A stretch of DNA of 63,463 nt, the filler included, from Collodictyon triciliatum (Eukaryota): assembly GCA_043381765.1 (NCBI GenBank). It is 6 parts of 6 records of this genome, joined end to end, with 100 filler letters (N's around TTAATTAATTAA, not from the genome) between each part and the next. Parts side by side here need not be neighbours in the genome. Positions count along the whole stretch, not along the records: positions 33,354 to 59,542 come from JBHJMP010002692.1; positions 59,643 to 62,113 come from JBHJMP010002729.1; positions 62,214 to 63,463 come from JBHJMP010002796.1; 3 more parts are not named here. The stretch is one strand, 5' to 3'. The notes beneath the pieces were generated by a model. The model saw only the letters and a list, made by a program, of their open reading frames with translations, had not been told where the DNA came from and searched no databases. The translations under genes were made by a program, and so were the position numbers. Of this stretch, positions 50,558 through 63,463 are shown piece after piece (position 1 is the first letter of the stretch; every line of letters starts with the position of its first letter).

Positions 50558-53500
50558 GTAAATAAATAAATAAATAAAACATAGTTTCCTGTAAAAAAAA
50601 TAATAAAAGGAAACACTTTATATTAGTTCAAGTTTTTGAATTTTTCATAATCAAATGGAAATTGTAATGTATTCATTTCGTTTCATTTGATGGTATAGAA
50701 GAGGAATATACCCATGTCCAAAAAGTAGTTTTTAGAATTAAAAGCGTCAACTTCAACTTCGACCATGACCAAGAATCTGTCAATGACAACAGAACTGAAA
50801 ATAGGTGATATATTTGGTATACTGACCCCCAACTGAGACCAAACAAGGGTGTCTATTAGTTTGTAAGATGTTACGGAAAAAAATCATTTCAACAGAAACC
50901 CCTTGCTATGAAATTCTGGCTTATTTGAAAAAGATAAGAGAAGAGATTAAGTGGTACTTATATTGATGAACCAGATATCACTTTGAGCTGCATTGCCATA
51001 AGAGACTCCTCCCACAACCCATATGACGTCTCCCCACGTTGCCACGCAGCTACGAGTCCTTAAAATCTGTCATAAGTTCCATGAATTATCCCAATTTAAT
51101 ATGATACTTTGTGAGTCTATCATCCAAGGATTAAAAAAAAACTAGACCCAAATCATAAATAAAATTAATAATAGTAATTTATTACAGGTCCCATATTCGA
51201 AGTTGGAAAAATCGATATATTTCTAGACGACATATCAAAGTGAATTATATTCCTTTGCACACTTCGTTGGGATGTCCGTTCTGTAGTCTTTCATGTTATT
51301 TAAAGCCCTTTTCAGAAATATTTATATATTTCTTCGGTTTTCAGTAGAAGAAAAATCACCATTTATATCGAATTTGTATAAAAAAAAATTAGAGATGCCT
51401 TGCCACCCACTAGCCAAAGACCGGTTCCATTTTGAATTTTGCCAACACCAATTCGAGAGAAAATGGAATGTAAATCATAACTTGAGGGAGCAGAAAAAGT
51501 TGACCAAGTACCAGCCGTAAATATCCATAGCAAAGTTTCTATAATTATATTTTCTCCTTTTCCGCCGAATACGAATATTTTGTCTTCATAGCTAGAAAGT
51601 GTCATCAAATATCTCGGCTCTGGAGCATTTGGCTGAGAAGTTGCTCTGCTCAGTGCGCTCCAACTATAAGTTACTAAACACGCCGATGAGTTTTTTTTTT
51701 TTTATGAAACAAAAACACAGAAAAAATATTTCAATATACTCACCAGTATTATATCCCCATAAGTCATTCAAATACATAGTGGCTCCATAATTTGTGATGC
51801 CTCCGAAGATAACAAAAGAGTCCTGATTATATCTTGCGATGGAGCTATCCCTTCGAGGCATCGGAATATATTGATGCGACGAATCTTTCCAAATTCTCAT
51901 TGCTGTTGATTCATTTAACGACATGAAGGTTAAAAAAAAAAAAAAAAGAGTCTTGTATCAAAGCTGTGGGTTAATAAGTCTATACTTTACATGCATGTCA
52001 AAGCCCATTAATTATATATTATCGATGTAATCAATCAACGCACAAATGGTATTTTTCTTTATTCGATTCAAAGAACGCACGAGCATAATATTTCTTTATG
52101 TAATTCAACACTCCACCTCCATCCCACACCCATATATCATGAGCAGTGGAAAATTTTTCGGTACCTCCAGCGATGAGAACACCTTTTCCTCGATATAATA
52201 CTGATATTGCACCAAATCTTTGCTGAGGCCATTTTATAGGAAACCCTGATTCCCATACGGTGTCTTTGTTATAATACACTAATTCGAGAGTTTCTAGAAA
52301 CCAAACATTCATGAAATCAGTTTTGATATAAATTTTTGATGTGATAAGAGGACCCTACATCCCCGTATACCTTGAAGATAATATTTCTATTTTTTTTTTT
52401 TAAAAAAAAAAAATCTTACGAAGGGATAAAACCATCATGTCATTCATAGAGCTTGAGCCAGAAATACCACCAAAAACGTGTAGCTCATCCCCAATCAACC
52501 AAAAATTAGATTTCGAACGTGCCATCAGCCCGGTGCTAATTTTCGACGATAGACAAGGTGAAATATTAGGGATTCCACGATTAATCCATGAATTGATACC
52601 TGAATATTTAATTTCATTTACAATTCAAAACATGATTAACGAGAAAGAAAAGAATAGAAACTTTGATTTAAACACATACGATTTATTTTCCCATTAACAA
52701 TGAAAGTAAATAAGGGCCGTAAAATAAACTTTGTGTACGGGGAATGTCATGATTTTTAAGTATTCAAATGTCCAGTTACTTGTATCATATATCCATAGAT
52801 TCATGGAGTCTTTTTCTCCATTCCATCCAGATAAAACAAATATCTTATTCCCATAAATTGCCCCAGATGGATATGAAAGTTTGGGGCTACTCGTGAAGCC
52901 ACTCTTGATTACCCAACCATCAGAAGCTAATGGAAGAGGGTTACTAAAAAAAAAATAATAAAGAAATAGGTTTCATAGTATTATAGCACGATGAACTACT
53001 ATTGAGATTTCAAATGGATCATATTTCACAAGTATCGTAGATGCTGCCGTTCATGAAATCCTTGGTGACGAGCTTTGGTCATAGAAAGAATGGTGACACA
53101 TGTGAAAGATTTTCATCGTGTAAGTTAAATGAATAAATATAATATTGAATCCAAGATTTTTTTTATTAAATTTTACATTTATTCCCCCCATAATGTATAT
53201 AATAGTTTGGTTCAGGAGACACAAATGTCCTTCACTTTCTGGAAAAGTTTCATTTCCGAGGAATTCCCATTTCTTCCTGTATAAATCCAAAGAGAAAATG
53301 CGAGGATTATAGACACTGAACGAAATCCCCCCAAATAAAAGACTTTTCCCTGAGAGAGGAACTATGCAAGCTCCATATCTTGAGTCAGGCACATATCCTG
53401 AAACGGTTGTCTCCTTAATAGAATATCGGAAAGGTTCTAAATATTCAGTTCCGTCAAACCAAAAAAAAATTAGTGAAAAGATTGTATTTCTTTTCTTAAA

Positions 53501-56500
53501 AAAAATGAATTATTCACTTCAAACAGTTAATTAATATGACATCATCAAGAATACTTTACTGGTCGTAAGATATTGAAAATGTTCTTTTTGATTATTTTTT
53601 TTTTAAAAAAAAAAAAAAGGTACCGATGAACAAACCTTCCATTTTTACTTCTAATATCGAATCACTTCTTTGATAAGGCTTCGGGGGGTATATGAAGGGT
53701 GAATGCAACCCATTAAAAATATAGAGAGTGCTTCCCGTAATAACACCATTTCCCAAATAACCAGAATAGGTTGCGTGATGGGTTTTTTGTGTAGTAAAGT
53801 CGATGTCTACGTGGCCATTATATGTGTAAGTAAGTTGAAGTGGCTCCATTGAAGGTAAAGTACTTTATTTTTTTTTAAAAAAAAAAAAAACCTGGAATCG
53901 TGTCGATAGGTGGTGGCTTTGGACAAGGGAGTAGCAAAATTAGTAGATGTTAGACGGGGATGGCGATGATGAACCATAATTTTCTGTTTGATAGTCGAAA
54001 AATGATATTTGACAAAGAAATTGAATACCCTTTCCCCAGGAATGACCGGTTCTCTAATATTGCAATTTCCTAGGAAATCAATCGTCCCCAAGTACGAAGG
54101 GCATACACAAACTCCGTCGATTAAGAGAAAATCTGTTCCGCACTCTATTGAAACGAAAACTTTATTCCATGACGACATGTTTTGCTTTTTTATTAAAAAA
54201 AAAATAAGAATTTGATTACGAATACAAATACAAATATTTCGAATCGTATAAGAAGAATACTTATGAATTTAAAGCTAAATCCCAGTCCTAAAGATGCATT
54301 CAATGCTACTTTAAATCGAAGCATGAGCTCGCCACTGCTTAATGGAAAGGATTTCCCAACCATGGATTTATCAAATTGTATCTTTTTGGGGAGAAAATCG
54401 TTTGAAAAAATATTTTAAAGCGAAATATATCATTATATAGATGATGTAAATGATTGTTCCTCTTACTTTATTGAAAGTTTTGTCTAGCTTTTCTTTACTA
54501 GATGTAAAGGGACATCCTATGGACTCCAGGACAACATCTCCTCCACTTAATACATCAAAATCTTGAACCTGTGGGAGTTTCAATATAGGGTACTGGTTTA
54601 ATCCACAAAGGAAGAGAAAAAGTCGATAAAAAGGGCATGTCAGCGCCCTATTGCAGCCATACTTTCCAACTATATGAAACTCATGCAGGATCTTTTGTTT
54701 CAAATATTGTAAATATTCATGTCCATTTACATGTATCCAATTTGCTCCCATCACTATCCAGGAGCAATTCGACCCAGCCAAATATCTCATGTTGCCGCTT
54801 CCATCAGTGATAGATACTGAGGTCTCAACAGTTACCGTTCGCTTCATGGGACAGTATAACGTGGCTGTAATAAGGAGTCGTCAACTTGGTTAAATTTTGT
54901 AAAACTGTCACTTTTATTACTAAGAAAAGTTGACATGATTCAGTTATGAATTCGGATCAAAGACGAAAAAAAAAATGTTCTAATATTTTTATTTTTTTCC
55001 TTTATTCGATTCGATGTTCTAATATTTTTATACAATTGATATTTCTTTACATAAATCCAGAGTAGAAAGATGATATATATTTGAAGATCCGGGAAGCCAT
55101 GAGGCAGACACTATCCTTGTTCCTTGCACGAGAGAAAAGCGGTTTATTTCTGATGGAGAATCGGTTGGAAGATGTATAATTTTCCAAGATTCTGCTATGA
55201 AAAAAAAAAGCATTAGATCTTAGGGGAAGAAAAAGCGAGCTACATTTCAAGTTTAAGTGATGAGTTAAAATGAGTCATATCTTCTAAGTTGCATGGGTGT
55301 CTGTAAACAAGTGAATATCTGATATTCTATTAGGCACACTGACCATCAAATATTATGGCAGAACGCTGTTGCTCAGGCAAATAATATGCTCCTGATATTA
55401 TGAAATAACCAACATGCCCAAATAATATATCAAATCCACCCCAGTTGATTGGGTAGGATTGAAAAACTTTCCTCCAAGTAAATGTGACTGAATATTGTAC
55501 AAATTTAGAATAAAAAAAGGAAACATTCTCGAAATTTACATATTATTATGGAATATCGAGAGATTACCAACTTTCATTTTAATTTGATGTAATTTATAAT
55601 TTATAAATACCTGTATGAAAGCACCATATATCATTGTATGTTAAAAATCCTGGACGTATACCGCCGGCAATACAAAATTCATCGCCCACTAGAGCAGACG
55701 AAGCAGATACTCTATAATCAGGGCTAGAGCTGAAACTTTCATGCACTATGTACTCCTCCCGAAGCAAGTCAACCATCAATATTTGGTTTTTGTAAATTGA
55801 CGAAGCCGGAAAGCGTGAATCGGTAGAATTTGTCATCTCCCACGATGAAATCCATAAGGTTTCTCCTGTCTGGGCATAAGCAGGATAGTGACTAGTCTTT
55901 GAGAGTATCTCGTCACATACCCGATTCTTCAACTGTATATCACTCCATGTTAACGTGTCTAAATTATTGATTTTTCAGATATGCCATTCTTTGAAACCAA
56001 AACATATAGGATTAAGATGATGTATTTTATTAAAATGGAACCTAAAGAGAATTTCCTGAATACATTAGCTATTCTATTATCTAGGGGTTGTCCAGATATA
56101 ATATAAAATGTGTTGTTCAAGTAGGCTCCTACCTGAATTTAAAGATCAAGTTGTTGTTATTGTTTTAAAAAATACTGGCATCTTGAATCAAAGTTCGATA
56201 CTGTATGATAGTCTATCTTTTTCTTTAAAAAAAACTTCTCTTGGTATATACCAGGTAAGAGTTAATTTATTTTAAAGTACATAAAGATAATTGAATTGGA
56301 GATTACCCCAGAAGATATCAGGGGACTACATGACGATACGGATACATCACAAGGCGACTCTCTGAGAAGTCTTTTCCATTCAATTTTTTCTGCATGTTTT
56401 TCAGTTGATTTGTTGAATGGGATAATATCAGAGATTAAAGAACTGTCAAAGAGTATAAAAATATTGGAATGTAATTAAGGCACAGAGTAAATATATTACA

Positions 56501-59265
56501 ATATCGCTTTGCCACCGAAAATCATATTTCATATGAGAAGTAAGCATCAAAGGATGAAAAAAGTCAATGACACTCGAGTTATCATAAAAGCGTGAAAACT
56601 GTACAGACAGCTACGAATAGTATTCACCCTCGTTAAACATCCAAACGTCGTTCAGGGTTGTAGATACGCTATGCATCCAACCTCCAAATAAGATGAAATT
56701 TTTTTCATCCGCAGGAATAAATATTGGTTCGTATCTATTTGTTGGTCTACTGTACGGCGAACCCCATACCCAGCTTCTTGTTTCTTAAAATCAAACAATA
56801 CAAAAATAAAAACCGTTAGGACCATACTTTGATTGGTATAAAACAGAATATTGTATTTTTTTCTCTTTTCAAAACAGTATTTTGTCTTGATTGTTTGAGT
56901 TGAAAACATCATCTAGCCAAGAAAAAAAACTTGTTTGTTGGCTTCAAACCTAGCGAAAACATCCATATGTCTTTTGTGGAAAAGGAAATACTCCCTCCGA
57001 ATAAGATGAGCATATCTCCATGAGTAAATCCAACACCTCCTAATTTTCGAGTGGGAAACCGAATCGGCAGAGGGCTCGATGAGTTATATGCCTCATCTCT
57101 GTACTGTGAAACTCGAATTTGACCAGCCCCTGGTACAAAAACCGTATAAATTTAAAGATATCAAATGGATTATGTAGACATGCATTAGGTATTTTATCGT
57201 TTTAACTACCATAAAAAAAGCTGGTAAAGTGTATTTCAGAAGAATCCATATCTGATCGACCACCGTATACATACAATATGCCCTTATATCCGAACAAAAC
57301 ACTTTCTGCTCTAAAGTTGAATGTCAACTGAACTTTTTTCCATGATATAGTTTCTATAATTTAAGATTGCATTCATAGTATTAGAGCACGCAGTGATGTG
57401 GTAGTTATAAATTAGCAAATAGTAAAATTGACCATTCGAAGAAATCAATAATATTCAAACAGCCCAGTAATCCCAATACACACATACACAAGAATGTAAC
57501 ACAGGGATCTATTTCATATAAAGTCCTTCCAGCTAATTCTTTTTATCCCAATTAAATCCAATATCTGTAATTTTAACAAGTCATGGCATGTAGATACTCA
57601 CCAAGTTCAAATATCCACAAGTCATAGGAAGACGATTTGTTAAAAGCACTTAGGACATATAATATACCATCGACATATTGATTTTGTGATAGGGACGTCG
57701 TCGGATACAACGGACTTCTGTAATTCACCAATGCCCATGTATTGGTATCTTGTAAAGATGAGAGAATTCAATGTGTATTTAGCAATTGAACACCAACATC
57801 AGTTGAGAACATGGCTCGATGAGCTTAAATAATGTGACGCATTCCAGTAATTCGCAATTGATCGACCCGTATATGTTAGCAAAATACCTGGTTGATACTT
57901 CCATAAATCACTCAAAAGGGACTGCGTTCTGGGGTAGTTTCCTCCGTATAGGTATATAGCATTTCCATGGACAAATAAGTAAGGTAAATCTCGCACTGGT
58001 GGCCCGTTTACCCCAATCAGAGCTGAGCTCCATTCCAGGTCCAAAAGAGAAAGAGTATACATATATAATCCAGAGCCCAATGATACAGTCCCGACGAGAT
58101 ATATCTAGGTTTGTATTATTTGGTAAAAGTATTCCAAAACTCGTTTTTTTTTATTAAAAAAAAACTACATGTTAAGGTTATTTAGAAAAAAATTATTGAA
58201 CGAAATTGTAAGAGTTGCATTACAGTATCAAGGTATTCGTACACTATGGATACATACGGTATTCATGAAATGAACAGCGGACATTTGGTTTATATTTGAT
58301 GGAACATCGCCGCTTGTTACAAATGAAGGCATTTGCTTCGTCTCTGAAAATATATTGGATATATTTAACTTGATATAGGATAAAGACGCGAATCTGCGCA
58401 TACCATGTCAAAAAAAAAATCTAAGGTTTTAGAGTATATTGGTAAATCTGAGGCATTTTTCTGTGAAGTAACATTGACAAGAATGATAGCAACAGTTGAA
58501 GCTTATTGATTTTTTTTTAATTTATGCTTAGATGGTGAGTCCATACTAACAATTCAAGGCGAATAATAGGAAAAATAAAACATCGGCCAATTCAATTGAT
58601 GCATGATATATTTGTATATCAAGATCACTTTTTACCTATATCAAACTTGAAAAGCTTGTAGGAGAATGGACTGATATATGATAAAGGTGGCATTAAATAT
58701 GAGAATAAAAATCTGGCCAAAAAAGTTCACGTGTATGAGTAGATTCCTCTTCATGAGGATGTGGATGATTCCTTACTTTGTACAAAGCCAGTATACTGTT
58801 TTATCGACGTGTACTACCAATGGAGAAATAGCACCACTAGGTCGCTCATCCAAATGGATCCACCGAGAGAGACCATCATCTGCAATATCATCGGACAGAT
58901 CAGAAAGAAGAGTACAAAAGGGTCATTAGACATGAGATTTAACTATAGGGTTTGAATGTGAGGAATATATCGAGATTTATGGAGAGGGAAAGAGAGTGAT
59001 GATGAGGGGGAGATTCAAGGTTGGTTTGAATAGAAATTTGTTCAGATTATATATTTGAGACAGACCGGGCAGGCTTGACATCAAATAAAAGAATAAAGCA
59101 AACCAGTCTGTCGGTATGTCGAATCAGCTACGCGGCGGAGTAGTACCGGGGAGAGTACATGCAACCAAACCAGCAAAATAGTGGCCGTATTTTGCATGCT
59201 GGTGGCTTACCTATGAATATGAATGGATGATTGAAGGGTTCTCTTGCTCCCGCACTGTGGGCTCC
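43101..59265 (-). CDS. Large single-pass receptor: kelch repeats and two CUB-like domains, TM helix, TKL pseudokinase, degenerate class III cyclase, second pseudokinase (5' partial)
   Basis: Many kelch exons (IYLYGG...DLWKY; FVIFGG...LNDLWGY); CUB-like DGSGNMRYLAGSNCSWIV and DSRYITGISCKWVV; TM LVVIITPVTLFIVVVFAAFVIV; kinase 1 RHPNILLYMG...WLSPE...KADSYSFAIMLWE; cyclase-like FQSALLNYEWP...FQGLCVKM...YGGQII; kinase 2 IKHPHIASVLG...YRAPE...GDIFAFG...RCLSPDPVHRP. Stop TGA at 43101-43103. Confidence 0.88.
44405..44530. repeat. (TCTTTA)n microsatellite, intronic
   Basis: Tandem hexamer visible in the sequence. Confidence 0.9.
46229..46330. repeat. (TATG)n microsatellite, intronic
   Basis: Tandem tetramer visible in the sequence. 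Confidence 0.95.
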
Positions 59266-59450
59266 GTATGCAGACATACAAAGAGAAAAAGAGACATCGA
59301 AAATAGATTTCGAACTTGCACGGAACGGGAGCAGGGCTAACAAAACAAAATCATGTTTCTTTGTTTTTTTTTTGTTTTTTTGTTTTTTTGTTTTTTTTGT
59401 TTTTTTTGTTTTTTTTGTTTTTTTGTTTTTTTGTTTTTTTTGTTTTTTTT

Positions 59451-59542
<92 letters not shown>

Positions 59543-59642
59543 NNNNNNNNNNNNNNNNNNNNNNNNNNNNNNNNNNNNNNNNNNNNTTAATTAATTAANN
59601 NNNNNNNNNNNNNNNNNNNNNNNNNNNNNNNNNNNNNNNNNN
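59543..59642. other. Artificial contig spacer
   Basis: N44-TTAATTAATTAA-N44. Confidence 0.97.
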
Positions 59643-60215
59643 ATATTTTGTATCGAAAGAATTTGGAGTAGGCCATAGCCATCGAGAACTGAGTAGACTG
59701 CGCACCGTTAGACGAGCGTTCGTTCTTGAGGCGGAAAAAGAATGGCGACGGGATGTTGTATGAGATTGGTCTGCGTAAGCGCCATTTTCCTTTGTTATTC
59801 AGGGCGGCTGTGGTTGGCTGTGCATCTTGTGTGCGGAATGCGGTGGAGCCTGGCGTTGTGATGTACAGGCCATCTTCTTTGAGTGAGATTTCTCTGATGG
59901 TGGCTGTGTTGCCTTCGTGAACCTGTTTGATGATGCAGAAGCAGCACAGATACCGTACGCTTCGCCAGTAGGCAGCGCACCCTTCCACAACGGATGCAGG
60001 CCACAAAGCCACACATCACAATTTATTCCAGAATAGGAGTATGGACACATTTTTCCATGAGAGGGAGACTATTTAGGCGCACCCGTCACACCCACGCCCA
60101 CCACCGCCAGTGCTTTCTGTCCAGCAGGCGGAAGGGGAGAGACGCCACGGCCCCAAGGAGTTAGGGGCGGAGTGGTCAGACAGGAGGCTGCCTACGGCGG
60201 GCGCAGGGCAATGGC

Positions 60216-60217
<2 letters not shown>

Positions 60218-60283
<66 letters not shown>
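60218..60283. repeat. (GA)n microsatellite upstream of the four-TM ORF
   Basis: Tandem dinucleotide visible in the sequence. Confidence 0.95.
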
Positions 60284-60287
<4 letters not shown>

Positions 60288-60348
60288 GGGAAGCAATGCG
60301 GGCGCACTAACCGACAGCGGGCGAACCGCAACGCAGGAAGAAGACAAG

Positions 60349-61006
60349 ATGCCGCAGTTCACGTGGCAGAACGTGCTTGCGCTGGTGCTGCTTGCGTCCA
60401 CGACGATCTCGTGCATCGGCCTGCTGTCGTCGGCGCTGGCGCAGGACACGCTTGCGATCGGGGTGGAGGACAAGGACGAGTCGTTGACGGAGCTGTACTC
60501 GCTGGTCTTCTACCGCACCACGGACATGCTGGTGCAGTACGGGCGGGTGGAGGACGACGTGCTTGTGTACGAGTACACCATCAGCTACAGCGAGTGCACG
60601 GCAGACTGGTGCGGCGACGTGGAGGCTGCGGCCCGGCAGACGCGCGGCCTGAGCATCGCCGCCCTGGTCTTTGTGCTGCTGGCGGCCATCCTCTTCGGGC
60701 TGCTCTTCTTTGCGCGCCGCCTCCACCTCGTGCGCACCCTGGCCGCCCTGCTGCTGCTGCCCTTCGCCCTGGCCGTGGCCGCCCCGAGCGCCTGGTTCGC
60801 AAACGGCTTCGGCGAGATCCCCGGCGAGATCCCCGGCCGACCGGGCTCGTACTACAGCCCCACCTCCGTCGTCGTCATCCCGGGCATCACCCCGGTCCTG
60901 CTCTACGTCGCCGCCCTCATGCACTCCATCCTCTTCTGCTGCATCTTCTGCTGGTTCTCCTGCATCCTCTCCCTCAACCCCTCCCCCTCCCCGGACTCCT
61001 TCTCCA
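60349..61006 (+). CDS. Four-TM membrane protein, claudin/PMP22/amastin-like topology (3' end runs into a gap)
   Basis: Uninterrupted ORF with strong G/C third-position bias, four hydrophobic segments, a large first loop containing C-x4-C (ECTADWC) just before TM2, and a Cys-rich end of TM4. Confidence 0.7.
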
Positions 61007-62113
61007 NNNNNNNNNNNNNNNNNNNNNNNNNNNNNNNNNNNNNNNNNNNNNNNNNNNNNNNNNNNNNNNNNNNNNNNNNNNNNNNNNNNNNNNNNNNNNN
61101 NNNNNNNNNNNNNNNNNNNNNNNNNNNNNNNNNNNNNNNNNNNNNNNNNNNNNNNNNNNNNNNNNNNNNNNNNNNNNNNNNNNNNNNNNNNNNNNNNNNN
61201 NNNNNNNNNNNNNNNNNNNNNNNNNNNNNNNNNNNNNNNNNNNNNNNNNNNNNNNNNNNNNNNNNNNNNNNNNNNNNNNNNNNNNNNNNNNNNNNNNNNN
61301 NNNNNNNNNNNNNNNNNNNNNNNNNNNNNNNNNNNNNNNNNNNNNNNNNNNNNNNNNNNNNNNNNNNNNNNNNNNNNNNNNNNNNNNNNNNNNNNNNNNN
61401 NNNNNNNNNNNNNNNNNNNNNNNNNNNNNNNNNNNNNNNNNNNNNNNNNNNNNNNNNNNNNNNNNNNNNNNNNNNNNNNNNNNNNNNNNNNNNNNNNNNN
61501 NNNNNNNNNNNNNNNNNNNNNNNNNNNNNNNNNNNNNNNNNNNNNNNNNNNNNNNNNNNNNNNNNNNNNNNNNNNNNNNNNNNNNNNNNNNNNNNNNNNN
61601 NNNNNNNNNNNNNNNNNNNNNNNNNNNNNNNNNNNNNNNNNNNNNNNNNNNNNNNNNNNNNNNNNNNNNNNNNNNNNNNNNNNNNNNNNNNNNNNNNNNN
61701 NNNNNNNNNNNNNNNNNNNNNNNNNNNNNNNNNNNNNNNNNNNNNNNNNGCGCAGTGAAATTTGGCTCTTGTGTATATTTTCCATTCAAAATTTCAGCCA
61801 ACCCGCGAAGATTTTCCATTTGCGTCCTTCATTCATGTAAATAGACCAAGGAATCATGATGTCAACACAGACCCACATTAGGTTTTTAAGCGGTGCTTCT
61901 TCGGAAATGGTTGGGTGGTGTTGTGGCTCGAGGCAATATTTTTGGTCATTATGTTGCCATATTTCATGCTGGCATAAATTTCAATTGCAATTTACTTTCA
62001 TTAACTTAATTTTTGACCTCATGGCATTTAAATTGCCTATTATTACAATATTTACTCAGAATGATATAATTTCCAAAATAGAATACTTGGTGTGTCTGCG
62101 CTGTGCTGACAGA

Positions 62114-62213
62114 NNNNNNNNNNNNNNNNNNNNNNNNNNNNNNNNNNNNNNNNNNNNTTAATTAATTAANNNNNNNNNNNNNNNNNNNNNNNNNNNNNNN
62201 NNNNNNNNNNNNN
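62114..62213. other. Artificial contig spacer
   Basis: N44-TTAATTAATTAA-N44. Confidence 0.97.
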
Positions 62214-63463
62214 TAATAATAATAAGCATGAACAATTAAGTATTAAGGACGATTTTTACGAATGCTCATAGACGAATGCTGTAATGAGGATAAAAGAAAT
62301 TATCTAATCTTGAAGAGAAAACAAAGAGTTATGAGACTTGCCCAGAGAATGCACCAGCAACGACGGTTCCTGTTTGATTGTTTATAGTGAGTTTGTTGAC
62401 ACTAATTGATAGATGCTTTATTAATATGCATAAAAATGCAATTAATGCGGAGCGGGCTGACAAGTGTATGACGAAGAAAAAAGACGGACCCATTAACGAT
62501 ATAGACTCAACATCATCTGGTTTACAGACATCAGCTTCAGACGGACTCATAGAGGAGTTCTTTGGTTTGTTTCGCAGCACAGTGGATTTTTGCAGGTATC
62601 TGAAGTTGTATTGTAGTCTTTTTTGCCTAGTAAGCGATAAGGAAACGTAGAAAAATGAAGAGAAAAACAAAACAAAAAAGAACAAAAAAAAGAAAAGAAA
62701 AGAAAAAGAAAAGAAAAGAAAAAAGAAAAGAAAAAGAAAAGAAAAAGAAAAGAAAAAAGAAAAAAGAAAAGAAAAAAGAAAAGAAAAGAAAACGAAAACG
62801 AAAAGAAAAAGAAAACGAAAACGAAACGAAAACGAAAAAGAGAGAAGCAGTTAGAAAGGAAATATGGACTATGGGACGCTTTTGAGTTGATTTTCGCCTT
62901 TTGTTTTCTGCCTTGGTGTGTATATGGCAGTGCATGCATGGATCAAGTACCAACCCGACACTCACGCTGGACATACTCTGTATCCCTCGCAGGCTCGAGG
63001 GGTTTGAGACCAAGCTGGAGTGAGCAGACACCACATGTAAATTCAAGAGAAAAAGAGAAAAAAGAGAAAAAAGAGAAAAAAAAAGAAAAAAAAAAAAAAA
63101 AAAGAGAAAAAAGAGAAAAAAGAGAAAAAAGAGAAAAAAGAGAAAAAAGAGAAAAAAGAGAAAAAAAGTTAAAATCAACTGTGTTTGTCGGACAACAAAA
63201 ACGGGAAAGGACAGGAAAAGAACTGGACAAGAAAGGAGAGAAGGATAGGGAAGCGAGTTGAAAGAACATCGTGCCTAGGCCCCTCTTTTTTCTTTCTTGT
63301 AGCCTGAATGTGTGACGGTGTGTTTGGGCGGAAGCAAGAAACCAGAAATGCGATGAAACAGCAGAGAAAATTGATTGGTCGAAGCGAGGCGCGTGGGTTT
63401 GGTTGTTTGTTTCTCGTGGCTGCGACTCAATTTCCGCTACTTGGCCGAATGGCATTGAAAAAA

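Noticed and set aside
59643-60050. Short minus-strand ORFs next to the spacer
   Set aside because: Possibly coding, but no recognisable motif or consistent exon structure.
62214-63463. Possible minus-strand exons in the last contig
   Set aside because: Splice-like sites exist, but I could not assemble a consistent frame or recognise a product; the long ORFs come from A/G-rich simple repeats.

Overview
Intron-rich, mostly AT-rich eukaryotic (protist-like) draft genome sequence. Six separate contigs or scaffolds are joined by artificial 100-bp spacers (N44-TTAATTAATTAA-N44), so neighbours across a spacer are not true neighbours. Manual splicing gives: a very long coiled-coil protein, DNAJC2/zuotin, an FHOD-type formin, two identical tRNA-Ile(UAU) genes, a partial secreted kelch-repeat protein, a TBC1D20-like Rab-GAP, fibrillarin, an MDC1-like TQ-repeat/BRCT protein, a decayed LINE-like ORF1, a divergent ATAT1/MEC-17 acetyltransferase, a ~16-kb Kelch/CUB receptor gene with a kinase-cyclase-kinase tail, and a GC-rich four-TM claudin/amastin-like ORF. 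Highlights: a clear U12-type AT-AC intron in DNAJC2; a receptor whose three intracellular enzyme domains all lack catalytic residues; an MDC1-like protein with 28 tandem EETQPM-type repeats but only the second BRCT of the usual pair; and an ATAT1 with substituted catalytic residues. Family assignments rest on motifs recognised by eye, not on database searches, and exon boundaries are manual inferences.
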